64,000 nt of DNA from Takakia lepidozioides (Eukaryota > Plantae > Bryophyta), in contig CM060732.1 of NCBI GenBank assembly GCA_030704615.1, positions 81,096,001-81,160,000 on the forward strand, read 5' to 3'. Numbering within the stretch: the first letter of the stretch is position 1; the number at the start of each line of letters is the position of its first letter. A program made the translations under genes and the position numbers. The notes under the pieces were generated by a model that made no database searches, was not told where the DNA came from, and saw nothing but the letters and a program-made list of their open reading frames with translations. Of the stretch, positions 1 through 11,535 are shown in pieces.

Positions 1-1190
1 AGAAACCTAACCAACCCAAAACGGGTCGGTTTGACACTTAAGGGTTAATGTGCGAGAGGATTGATTATAGTGTTTAGTTTTGAAGGGTACCTTAGACTTT
101 CATTTGCAAGTTTCCAAAACAATTGACCTTCATTTTGAAAGGCTGTAATTTTGACAACCCTTCATTTTGACAACCCTTCATTTTGTTTTTGGCAGCCTGG
201 CATTCGGCGAACATGCATGTATCATAAAAATAATTTTTCTGTACAATACACATGAAATGGAAGTCTTTTCACATTCCACAAGTCCACAAATGATTAAAAT
301 AATGAATAAAATTTAATCTAGATCTATTTGCAAAGGAAGAGCTCTAGGGTTCTTCATGCCACTCCAAATCTCAAAAATGGCAATCCAATCCATGGCCTCC
401 ATTTCGAGCCCACATAAAGAAACTCGCATCAATGCATCCAAAGTCATTGTTTTCATGAGTAACAATAGTCTATCTTTGTATCGTGGAGCAACCTATTCCT
501 ATTCCCCATTTACCACCCATGTTAGCCTCCTCGCATTCCCGAAACTTCATGATACCAAATGTAGGACCATCTTATGGACGCATATAATACAACCAATGAC
601 ATCCTACCTTCCATGCCCCTTAAATTATTCTTTTGACATGCGGCCTACTCTCTTGTGCAACATATACTTGAACCTCTTCCTCTTCTCCCTGAGTACTAGA
701 GCCAGAATCCTCTTCCCTAACACTAGAGGGTATCTCAAATTCATTGTGTACACTGATTCTTATGAATCTTCCATATGAACACCACCTGAAGATGCAGACC
801 ATGATTATAAAGTATCCATCCTCATTTGTCTAACGTCGCGACGTGGCCTACCAATTGGTGGCCAACGCATTGAGACTGGGACATATTTCATGTAGCAAAA
901 TTGAACAAACTTCAACCAACCCCAATCTTTTGTATATAAAATTGTCACAGTAGGTTCACCTAGTTTTGTTTGCCTTCGGGCTGGCACGGGCTTCTATGTC
1001 CACTGTCCACTCTTTGTCCGTGTTCATGTGAGCTACAACGACATTGCTCCTTGAATCCTTTGCCTGCGCCAATACTTAAGCTCAACACACTCCACGATAA
1101 GCTTCAACACGGCGGGGCAGACCTCACGGACCTAGAATACACCGTGCACAGTACGCTCAACACACATTTTGCTGTGAGGTGGGCTGCATA

Positions 1191-1500
1191 CACTACAAGA
1201 GATGAGCGTTTTTAGGACTACGGCTTTGGCGGAGTCATAAAAACTGCACTGGGTAGATGACTACAGAGCGCTGAAATGCATTGCAGTCATAGTTTTATGA
1301 CTTTGTAGTAATGGGTATCATTACATGACTCCGGAAAGTTAGGGAGCATTGGTCAAACATTGTTGACCTTGATGACAGGGATGGTTTATATGACTAGTGT
1401 GATATGTTTGACTACACGTGGACGACGTTTCATGGACTCTTATGACTCCATGACTGAAGATGGTTTCACAGCTCTATTTATACGACTACATCACTACACG
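1191..1500 (+). mobile_element. Probable CACTA (En/Spm) element terminus with subterminal repeats
   Basis: Begins CACTACAAGA at 1191, followed by about ten ATGACT/AGTCAT-like motifs in both orientations within 300 bp. No partner TIR was seen. Confidence 0.5.
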
Positions 1501-1773
1501 TGTCATTTTGAAGGCACATATAATGCAAATACGGTTGCCCATTAGGTTTAAAAAAATTAAAAAGTTGCTAATAAGGTTGCCCATTAGGGTAATCGTGAAC
1601 AGAAAGGAGGGCTGGGGCTTGGCGTTTTTTTTGTCTCCTGCGCCACACCACATAGCCGAGGGATGGAACACGATGATAGCAGGATATGCAGGGGCGTGGG
1701 ATGGAGGCGTTGAGCAAATGATGCACGAAGGAGAAGAGGAGGAGGAGACGAGACGAGGAGAAGCGAGCTCGCC

Positions 1774-2560
1774 GTTCTTGGGAGAGTCAGCTTGGTCTTA
1801 GCAGGCGTGTTTCAATCTCTGACTACTCAGCTACGCCGTAGTGGTTCGATCTCACAGACCAATCCGACATTACCTGACTACAGACACAAGCAGCACACAC
1901 AAGAGGTCCTTTTAGGTTGATGGTCGGTCAAATCCTCCATGGGTCAGGACAGGTCAAGGACAATGTGGTAGGGCACCTTCTTCTTCAACCTATTTCAGCC
2001 TGTGTTGCCCTCTCATCAGACTCGGCCGCAAGATGCATATTGAATTCTGTAAGTTAGGTCGTTGGGTAGATCTGTGGTGGTTTGGAGTGACTTTTGCAAG
2101 TTACTGCCAGTGTGGCAGCAGGGAAGTATCCAAAAACATATAATAGAGGTGAGGAGAAGCTTTGGGGTGAACACTTTCCGACCCCAGTCAATGGTGGGAC
2201 AATGGAGACAAAAAGGCGAATGTCTGTTGGACTACAGAGAGAAGCAGATGCATTTCAGATTGTGATAAGTAGGGTTGGGGTGTTTCGTATGGTTGGGGTG
2301 TTTGCTGGTAGAATTCTAGGCTGTCAGAGGCATGGATAGCTGAAGGAGCAGGGATAGAGTGTGGGTCCAGATTCATCCAAGAGGGCTGGATTTCAAGCTC
2401 CACATTACCTATGATTCCCTGTGGAAGGATAGCTACAAGAAACCTACATGGGTAGATGGTCAACTGGAAGCGGCAGCAGCAGCGGCACAATTGATAAGGT
2501 CAAGCACTTCTACTAAAGGCACCTCCTTCAGCACATTTCACCCTGTTTTTCCCTCTTATC
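1774..2560 (+). pseudogene. Dispersed duplicate of OSB-type PDF-motif exons (degenerate)
   Basis: Clear nucleotide similarity to 44811-45340 and 45960-46200. Encodes EEKLWGEHF..PSQWWDN (frameshifted) and IHPRGLDFKLHITYDSLWKDSYKKPTWVDGQL. Confidence 0.65.
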
Positions 2561-3117
2561 CATTTCTTGCGAGCTGTCTTCTCTTATCTGTTTGTCTGCC
2601 CAATCTTCAGTGAATGCGTCAAGGCTTTGTGTTTTGGCTTCTTCCTCATTTTTGTCACCCTCTCCCATGAATATCTTTGGTTGGCGCTCAAACCCTGCTG
2701 AGCTGTAGATGTTGTCCATGCCAATGCATTCTTCTTCACCAAATCCATGTTTTTGCCTTAAATCCTTGATGTTATCGTGCGCATACATATCGCTACACAA
2801 CTACATCGCTGTCCAAACCACACCACACATATATGCACAATGAAGTAGTCTGCCACAATCGCTCCCCTAGCTGGTGGATAGGTCCCTCTAACTCCAGATA
2901 GCTACAAGATGTAATAGCCACAACCGTACTAAGTCCTCTATCACTGTCCCTATTGTACTCAAACTCTAAAGACCAAGAGGCCGGGTACAAGAGTAGCCCC
3001 ATCGTTAATCGCTGTCTTGCAATCTGTGAACTTGAGCCAGGTTCTCGTGTGTTCAAGGTCTCCTAGTAGCTTGGCCTTGCATTTCTTGTTAGCCTCCCAT
3101 GGTTGTATCTACTCCTA

Positions 3118-3267
3118 TTATCCAATGCATTGTGGACATAACCAATCCCCATCCGGAACCATCTCAAGAGGTGGAGTCAAGCATCCCATATGCCAACCTC
3201 TAGAGCATCGATCACACACCAGCATGGTGGCTGCCCCTCTAGCAGACCCACACAACATGCACCTCAA
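3118..3267 (-). other. PHD zinc finger at integrase C-terminus
   Basis: C4HC3 pattern CMLC...MLVCDRC...WHMGCLTPPLEMVPDGDWLCPQC, in the same ORF as the integrase core (3118..4143). Confidence 0.92.
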
Positions 3268-6200
3268 ACTTGCAGATACCACTGCCAGGTTTGGGTCAAT
3301 CCTGCCATCGACATTCGGAAGGTGACATAGCGCACAATTACGCACATGGTCCTTCCAGGTTATGCCATCCCGACCCTCCAAGACCAATACGCCTGAGGGC
3401 AAGACCTCTCGAACCCTCAAAATAACACGTCTTGCAGTCACATCCAAGGTCGTAGGAGCAGTCTGCTGCATATAGACATAGTCACCAGGGTTGAATCTCC
3501 AAACCCCAGGACGATAGCCCCCACCACGTATGGTAGCATACCTCAACGTATCACGGTGTTGTGCAATGGCAAGGTTCTCGAAAGCCATGGGCATGACTTT
3601 CTTGAACAACTCTGCACGCTGCTCACATGCACGTGCCCACACGTCCGGATCGTCAAGGTTAAGAATTGTAGCAGCTTCTCTGCGAATGGATGTAGGCAAA
3701 TCCGGCTCTCGGCCAAAGAAAAGAAAGTATGGTGAGAAGGAGGCAAGTGATGTTCGCTTGCTGAACCTGTAGCCCATGGCTAACCAAGGTAACTGAAGGT
3801 CCCAATCTCCTAGGTGTCCCTTCTGCAAGCCATACTTGCGCAAACCCCTCTTTACTGTCTGAACAACTCTCTCTGGCAAGCCATCGGCCTCAGGATGATC
3901 CCGAGAAGTCGTGCGGTGGTCTATCAAGGCCTTGTCACACAAAGCCTGAAACTCCCCCAAGAACTTTCTCCCTTGGTCCGTGAGTACCTCAGCTGGAGCA
4001 CCGAATCGGCTAAGCACACAATCCAAGAATGCATACGCAGCTCCCTCACTAGCCTTATCAGGCAATGGAACCAACTCAATCCACTTGGAGAAGTGCTCCA
4101 CCATCACCAACACGTACTTGTTGTGGCGCATGGTCAGTGGCAACGGCCCTGCGAAGTCAAAACTTCACCTATAGCCCAATCCCATGATCGGAAGAGGGTG
4201 CAATTGTGGAGTAGGGGCGTTGAATGAAGCACGCACCCTGTCACACACCATGCACCTAGCCACAAATTGTTGCACCTCTGTGTGCATACCATGCCACCAA
4301 TACTGCCCCTGCAGTAGACTATGAGTGCGTCGCACCCCAAAATGCCCCAACTCCTCATGGGCATGCCGCACTAACCGTGCCCGCTATGTTGGGTGAGGCA
4401 CAATCCTCACTCGACCATCCTCCCACACTCGGAGCAGGTGTGTCCCCTCCCACTTGAACCTCTTGGCTCGTTGTAGGATCCGATCCTTCTCCTTGGCAGT
4501 CACAGTGGCTGTCGTGTCTCCAGTGCGGAGGTAGTCCAACACAACTGAATCCTCATGTATATCTTTGGTGCCACCTTGCTCATTGCTGGCCTCAGGGTCC
4601 TCAGATACTTGATCTACAGTCATCCCTGTTGTAGGTCCAACCTGGCCTTCGGCTGCCAAGATACACAAAAATGCAGATGAATGTCATCCGGGCACCATCT
4701 CCTCATCCGTCTCACCATGCCACCGAGCTCCAGTGTCATCCTGCTGGCTCGTGCATGGATTGCGACTTAACCCATCTGCATTGTGATTGACCAAACCTGG
4801 TCGATGCACCACCTGAAAGTCATACTCTTGAAGGATGAGTGCCCACCGTGCAAGCTTCCCCGTAAGCTTGTCTGACTCCGTCAACCACTTGAGTGGTTGG
4901 TGATCCGTGACAAGGGTGAAGAGATTGTCGTATAGATAGCACCTGAAGTGTGCCACGGCCCACACTGCAGCTAAGCATTCTCCCTCATATGAGCTATACT
5001 TAGACTCTGCAGCATTGTTCGAGCGGCTAGCATAAGCCACTACGAACTCTCTTCCCTCATCATCCACCTGTGTGAGCACCGCTCCAAGCCCCAACATGCT
5101 CCAATCTGTATGCATCTGAAAAAAACGCCCCCTGATAGGTCGTCTCAAGATGGGCGCCGAGGTCAACCTCGTCTTGAGCTCTTGAAAAGCTTGTTCTTGC
5201 TCATCTTCCCACTGCCACTCCTGGTCCACCTTGGTCAGATTGGTTAGAGCCTTTGCAATGGCACTAAATCCCTTAACAAATCGTCCATAATAGTTTGCTA
5301 ACCCCATGAAAGCTCGAACTCGGCTCACATCCGTGGGGCGTGGAACCTGTGCAATGGACTCTACCTTAGTCTGCTGTACCCCCAATCCTCCAGGATATAT
5401 CATGTGACCCAGATACTCAATCTGGTTGTGGAAAAACTTGTACTTTCTCGGATGTAACTTCAATCCGTGCGTCCTCAAGCGCTCAAATACCCCCTGAAGG
5501 TGTCTCTCATGCTCCTCCACCGTAGCACTAAAGATGATAATGTCATCTATGTAGCACCGAGCAAACTCCACCCCTGCTAGAATCCTGTCCATGACTCTTT
5601 GAAACTCAGCAGGAGCGTTTTTAAGCCCAAATGGTAAGAACCGCCACTGGTATAGGCAATCCTTCCCGTGCTCATTGATCCCCCAGAATGCCGTCTTTTG
5701 CTTATCCGCCTCCTTGATCGGCAACTGGTGATATCCGGATCATAAATCCAACGTGCTAAAGACCTTGGCATGCCCAATGGCATCAAAGATCTCCTCTGGT
5801 GTCGGCATGGCATACCTATCGGACTTGGTCTGATGATTTACAGGCCGGTAATCACCGCACATACGTCTCTCCGTCCAATTGCCATAGACATCCTTCTTGG
5901 CTGGCATCACTGTGGCTGAAGCATACTCTCCATCAAAGAGCTCCACCAAACCTGTCTCCCAGAGATCTTGAGTCCTCATCTGAATCAAAGACCTCTCCAT
6001 GTCACTGTATCTATAGGGTCTCCGAAAGATTGGCGTGTCAGTGGCCAACTCAATACGGATCTCTTGACCCTTCAGTGCTCCCAAGTCCTTCAAACTGAAG
6101 GCAAAGCAATTCCTGTAAGCCCTCAGGAACCGCCGTATACGTCGTCTCTCTCCTCCGGTGACAATGGGTCCAATGTCAGGCTCCCAATTGTCCTCCGTGA

Positions 6201-6549
6201 CTGCAACCTTGAGTCCAGCAGGCTTAGAGGTAGAAGACGCGTCCCATGGTTGCTATGCCGCAACCTCTTGAGCAGTATCCCCTGCCTGCTCAGTCAATGA
6301 CAAGGCCTCATCCTGCCCCATCATCTCATCCTTGAGGACCTCATCAACCCGAGAAGAATCCCCAATCTCATCAATCACAACTGCCTTGGCTGCCAACTCC
6401 TTATGAGCCTCGAGCACCTCCCACGTGTGCCATGGATGCGGCCTGCACCTCGTGGTCCTCACCTGCTCGCCCCCACTCGCTGCCTGTACCGTCTCAGTAG
6501 GCAGAGAGACCATGACGGGGAGTGTACTGCGCACTCTGCGCTGCTCAGC

Positions 6550-7460
6550 CATAGCCAAGCTGATAATCCAGGTCAAGCAATTGAGATCCATTGCTTGCCC
6601 CAACACCTGACGACGTGATGCCTCAGAAAGAGAAGGCACCGCCGTGGTCCCAGTGGAAAACCCCATAGCCCGCTCTCGCTCGTCGGCATTAGGCTCCACT
6701 AACTGCTGCAACTAAGCATCCCACAGGAGGTCGGGTCCACCAGCCCGAAAAGCATGGGATCTGGGGAAGCTGAGCAATGTAGGGAATGTTGCTCGTGGTT
6801 GATCATGGCCAAAGGCGAACGGTCATCGTGTCTCACACGTTGAGACTGCCTCCCTGTGTCCAAAATGCCATCCACGGTGAGGTGTCCTGGCCACTGCACC
6901 CCATCAACTGCACGCTTGAGCAGTGCGGGTGGCATCAAGTTAATCCACCAAAGCCGTGGACGATGAGCTTGTGACCCCACTGCAACTGCATCCAGCAACA
7001 CTGCTGACCCAAGCCACGACCGGACTTGATGCACACTGGCCATCACCCTGGCCCGAGAATCACCCATCAGTGGCACATTCTCCAAGATGTATGCTGGAGA
7101 TACAGCTTGATGAAGCTGCAAGTGGCGCAAAATGCGCACCATCTCCCAAAACAGACCCGTCCTCGAGTCTCGCAATCCATTGTCATGCCCGGCTGATGAA
7201 TGCCCTTGGCAGGGCCAACCTGCCACTACCAGATCAATGGAGCCAACCTGCTCCAAATCTTGCGCCCCCAACAACGAAATGTCTGCTGGCAAGGCCTGCT
7301 GATATCCACGAACTGCAGACACCAGCAACAACTCAGGGTACTGCTGCACCATCTGAGCAACATGGTGCAGTGAGACGCATCGTGCAGTCTCATCCCTCTC
7401 CACATACAGGTAACGTCGAACTCGTACACCTGCCTGCAGCACTGCAGCCAATCCAGTGCA
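6550..7460 (-). pseudogene. C5 DNA cytosine methyltransferase domain (DNMT3/DRM-like) within retrotransposon pol
   Basis: Motifs seen: tail of motif I (CTGLAAVLQAG), II (YVERD), III (DI), IV (DLVVAGWPCQG), VI (YILENV), VIII (AHRPRLWW), IX (ERERAMGF..GTT), X (RRQVLGQAMD). Frameshift near 6797, TAG at 6712-6714, and the start of motif I is cut off at about 7460. Confidence 0.9.
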
Positions 7461-7680
7461 ACGACGCAATGGCGTGAGCGTTGCACGTGAGCGCGCGAGC
7501 GTACGCTCACGCAGGAGTGACGTGGCGTGAGCGTACGCTCACGCCAGCTGACGTGGCGTGAGCCTGCACACACGCTGACGTGGCGTGAGCGTCATGTCAG
7601 CATGCTGATGTGGCGGTGAATGATGACGTGGCACTGTCCGTCAACTGCCACGTCAGCATTAACATGCGCCGCCTATAACC
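7461..7680. repeat. GC-rich short-repeat and palindrome block, probable terminal region of the adjacent MULE-like element
   Basis: Repeated TGACGTGGCGTGAGC units and a perfect 24-bp palindrome TGGCGTGAGCGTACGCTCACGCCA at 7523-7546. Abuts the cut in the DNMT. Confidence 0.6.
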
Positions 7681-8108
7681 GTGGATGGTCCTATTACCGT
7701 GGAATTAATGCAGGGAATCTTGCCTAAATAGAATCAAGACGAGCGTTGAGGCCTACAATTGCAGCATCCAACATTGTGCAATTACAAATGCTTGTTTCAC
7801 TTTTACAATTACGAAGACGACAAAATATCCTCACAAAGTGTGCGCCATAAAGGCTGCCACGAGAAGACTTCCTCCCTCCTCAAATAACAATGAGAGTTAT
7901 GATCATCTTCAAAAGATGATTGTAGTGCTTAGCGACAGCAAGACATGTAGACTTCGAACGGTGCAATGACAAATGTGCACTACCTAAAAGTTGTCACTCA
8001 GACCTCACTCCGTATAGTTGGAGGCCATATCATTGCACAGCCGACAAATTGATGTGAATTACACATTTCAAATCATGGTCATCCACATACCACATTACAT
8101 AGTTCATG

Positions 8109-10800
8109 CTACCCATGTGTTGTATCCCGCTGCAAAAGAGTATCGACCTCGTTGAAACTCATAGTGGCCTGGTGAATGAAGTTGTCACGTTTGGGATCGC
8201 AAACCATCCTCCTCAAAAATATGAAATACAAATGTTTGCAGGGTATGAATTTACCTCTCTTGCCCAAACTGGTTGATAGCATATTCACAAAATCAGGACA
8301 TGTGCAATTGGGGAAATTGGAAACCGTGATGTCGTAGGTCCTGTCATGAACAGCAGATGTGGAAGTGATGATTGTGAATACCCGACCATATCCTGGATCG
8401 GGTACTTCCGTGGTGCTTCCGACACGAGCTTGGAGCATTCTTGCGGACTCCACTTTGCCAAAGTGTTCAGCGGTTGGAGGGAAACGCCGAACGAGCTTTC
8501 CATCTCGTTTGGTTGGCCACAAGTCAGGATTTGCCGGGGGGACCCGGGAGGACGCAGGAGTAGTAGCACATGCATGGAGTTGGGGTTGTCTCGCAAGGGA
8601 AAAACCTGCCTCCTCCAGCATTTCAATCTCCTGAAAGCTGAGATGTGTTCCCACCTTCACGGGCCAAACGGTTGGAGGAGATGGCTTCATCACTACGAAA
8701 GGACGCACAGTTCCATGCACACATCTGGCACAATCATCTGCGCAGAACCAGAACTTGTGGTTCTTGGCTTCTGGTTGACCGTATGGACGCATCAAGCCCG
8801 TGAAAGTCGGAGCAGGAGTTCGGGCACCACCTCTGGATATAGATGAAGTGCACTTCTCGAAATTAGTTGCCCTGATCGCTGTACATTTCACACGAGACCC
8901 GACACTTGTGCGTTCTATGTGCCAAACGTGGTCGGGGCATGCGGACTCAAGCACATCAAGGGGGTTGTTTCTCTCCTGCACCATTTCAGTGGCACGGTTT
9001 GATGCTGGAGCTTGCCGTCGTGTTGGAGGTTCCTCCACAATGGAGGTTCCGAACATGGAGTTGTCATGCAGGGGAACACGAGGCTTCGAGAAGTTATCAC
9101 GATCTGCCCTGTGGGAATCTGAATCCGAACCAGGTGGAGTGTTCAATTTCCTCTTACAGGAGCCGAATCTCTCCTCCCCTTCAAGATGTGGAACTCTAGA
9201 AACAAGTGGCGTTCCCTGGGCATACATGCTCACCACCCGTGCTATCTTGATTGGATCCCCAAATCTGTTTGCAGCACGCAACATCAACTCCGATTTGTCT
9301 GGACCCTTGCCACCAACCCCACCTCGTAAGAAATCACGGTATCGGGTTTGTTGTTGCAAGGCACGTATCAAATCATCTGTTGTTGCCACATACAAATCGC
9401 GACCTCGTTTCCCAGACTGCTGCAACCATGCATTGTGCACAGTTTCTGCCAAATTGCAAGATGGCATGTCCGCCATTTCCTCAATGGACATGTTCTGCAA
9501 AGAGGATAACCACACTTCAGAAGAGTGCACAGGAAACAACATAAAGAAAGCAATGAGTCAAAAATATGGAAAGCAAATGTATGAATAAAGCATGAAATAG
9601 AAGCCTCGTACCATTGTCATGGCTGCTCCCCACTGTCTATACCGGAAGTGCCAAAACGCCAGCCAATCTTCCAATGCTCTCATACTCTCAAGTGATGCAG
9701 CTCCAGAAGAGAACCACCAGGCACGAATTGTCTGGAACAAAGTGTCCGCCTCCTTCATTGTTCTAGCATCTTTGTACTCTTTGCACAATTTACGGTGCTG
9801 AGTCTGCATCTCTGGTTTGATGTCCGACTGTGTATGTTTTTCCAGAGATTGTGTCCAATGGAATAGACATGTACACTCTCTTCCTGGCATAGGCACTTTT
9901 GGGTCGCCCGATCCGAAGACAATACGAATAGCATTGAAATTTGCTTGAGCACTATCCGCCATGAAACCTGCGAAATTTGGAGATGGCAGCCCATGACACG
10001 TATCAGGGAATTCCACATGAGCTTCTGGGATTCCGTATCCTCGGATTGCATGTCACAAACTGCAATTGTCATAACTCGTTGGTACACTGGATCGTAGACA
10101 TGACAAGCCATTGTCGTCCAATCCTTCACTCGTTTCACATGATCAAACATAAGAAAACAGTTCTGCAAGTCCCCAGTCTTCTGCATCCGCTTCACGAGGC
10201 TAACCCCACTGCCCTCCCCAACAGTCGACATTTTGAAAAGAAAAACTTTGATGGCACCTTGACCTGGGAATACATTGTCCTGGATGTAATCGTACTTGCT
10301 CAGTCGTTTCAATTCCAAAATATTGTCTATGTAGCCTCTGATCCCAGAGCCCATTCTCAATGCATTGATCTGATGCCGAATGTTAGGTGAACTTAAAGTG
10401 GAGAAATGATCCATGACCAGGTCCAATGCTGCACCGTCAAGTTTAGTCCCCACAGAATCTCCTTCACTCAAAATATGGCTTTCCAAGAAGGACTTGCTTG
10501 CGCCAAGAGCAATTGCAGATGTTGTTGCGGATGGGTTTCTCCCGAACTCCTGTTTGATCAACCTCGATACTGTCTCAACACTCTCCCTGTAATCCCCCTT
10601 CGAGACAGGATGGTTATGGAATCCAAAATGCAAACAAGCTCTCGTCATTGTATTCAAACGGTGGACAACATAGTACATTCTTGCTCCGCAGAGCGCCAAG
10701 CAGGATGGCACAAGTTTGCAGAATTTGCAGACGAAAGTGTTTGCCGGTGGAGGGGCAGTCCCAGGCTGAAATGGATTCTATGCCAGACCCTCCCATTCGC
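8109..10800 (-). mobile_element. MULE/Mutator-like DDE transposase with C-terminal SWIM finger (frameshifted)
   Basis: Candidate DDE triad MFDH / FMADSAQ / NLAETVH, CxxH motif (CLFHW) and SWIM CTCPDF...PCKHL. Frameshift near 9985 and a GT-AG intron at about 9495-9611. Confidence 0.8.
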
Positions 10801-11329
10801 TTTGATTATGAACTCCAGACTGAAGAAAGTGTCTGCAATTCAAATTATCACACCTAAGTATAAAATTCTTTCCCAGACCCTCAAGAGTTTCAAAAGCCAC
10901 TTCTATCAGGATATTTTCTAGTAGAAATATATCTGCCCAGCGTACCTGTGTTTCACTGCTTCTCTCACAATTTCACTGATTGCACTCCCCATCCCAGCTC
11001 CTGGGCAGTTTCCATTGAGAGACCTTTCTTATCACTAGAAGAAGACATGATACATCGACTATGAGTGCAAGGTGTTAGCATAATTAGCACTTGTGTGTTA
11101 AATAGAGCTTGGTAGAAAGCTTTTGTGTTACAAGGTGTTGCAGGTTTTGCAAAGAAAGTCTTTGTGATGTACATGCACGGTAATTTGGAGGTATTTAAGA
11201 AGAGCCCCAGTGCAAAGTTTGAGAGCTAGTGAAGATAGTTCTTTGTTCTACAAGTTGTTGCAGACCGGTTTTACGAGTTCAAGAAGAGCTCGGGTGTAAG
11301 CGGTGCATGTGTGGAGCATGCTTTCAACT

Positions 11330-11535
11330 TTAAGCTTAGCCGGCCTCTTGATCTATCGACTTCAGATGCTGGGACTTATGCGATTGAAGACTAAGCGATG
11401 ATCTTATTGGGGTGGATACTTGCAATCTATCCGGTGTTAGAGGAACCTAATCACCAGCTAGGGGGAGATTGCATAGCTTTCTAAGACTATATGCTAGGAA
11501 GTGTGGTTGGACAACGATGTATGTTGTGGCACGAT
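11330..11535 (+). repeat. Diverged relative of the 3' region of the DNMT-Gypsy element, opposite orientation
   Basis: Blocks CCGGCCTCTTG, GTTAGAGG.ACCTA..CACCAGCTAGGGG and GTGTGGTT(T)GGACA.CGATGTA match the reverse complement of 2795-2985. Confidence 0.6.

Larger units (their letters stand above)
2793..7460 (-). mobile_element. Ty3/Gypsy LTR retrotransposon, 5'-truncated, pol order DNMT-RT-RNaseH-integrase-PHD
   Basis: RT (RMCGDYR, LPFGLKNAP, YIDDII), RNase H (TDWS, TDHQPL), integrase HHCC (HEELGH...CMVC) and core (TDQG..F, EADG..ER) lie in Gypsy order. They share one frame from about 6797 to 3118, broken by six point stops. Confidence 0.95.

Noticed and set aside
1-48. piggyBac-like end (AAGGG-TTAA)
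   Set aside because: Only one short terminus at the window edge, with no transposase or partner TIR.
356-1190. Short ORFs, possibly TE-derived
   Set aside because: No recognisable motif and many stops.
6550-7460. MTase as bacterial contamination or a host DRM/CMT gene
   Set aside because: It is intronless and contiguous with pol. It lacks the DRM motif permutation and the CMT chromodomain insert, and the linker is repeated in a second element copy.
8800-9588. 262-aa plus-strand ORF and similar antisense ORFs over pol and the cupin genes
   Set aside because: Shadow frames of real coding sequence on the other strand.
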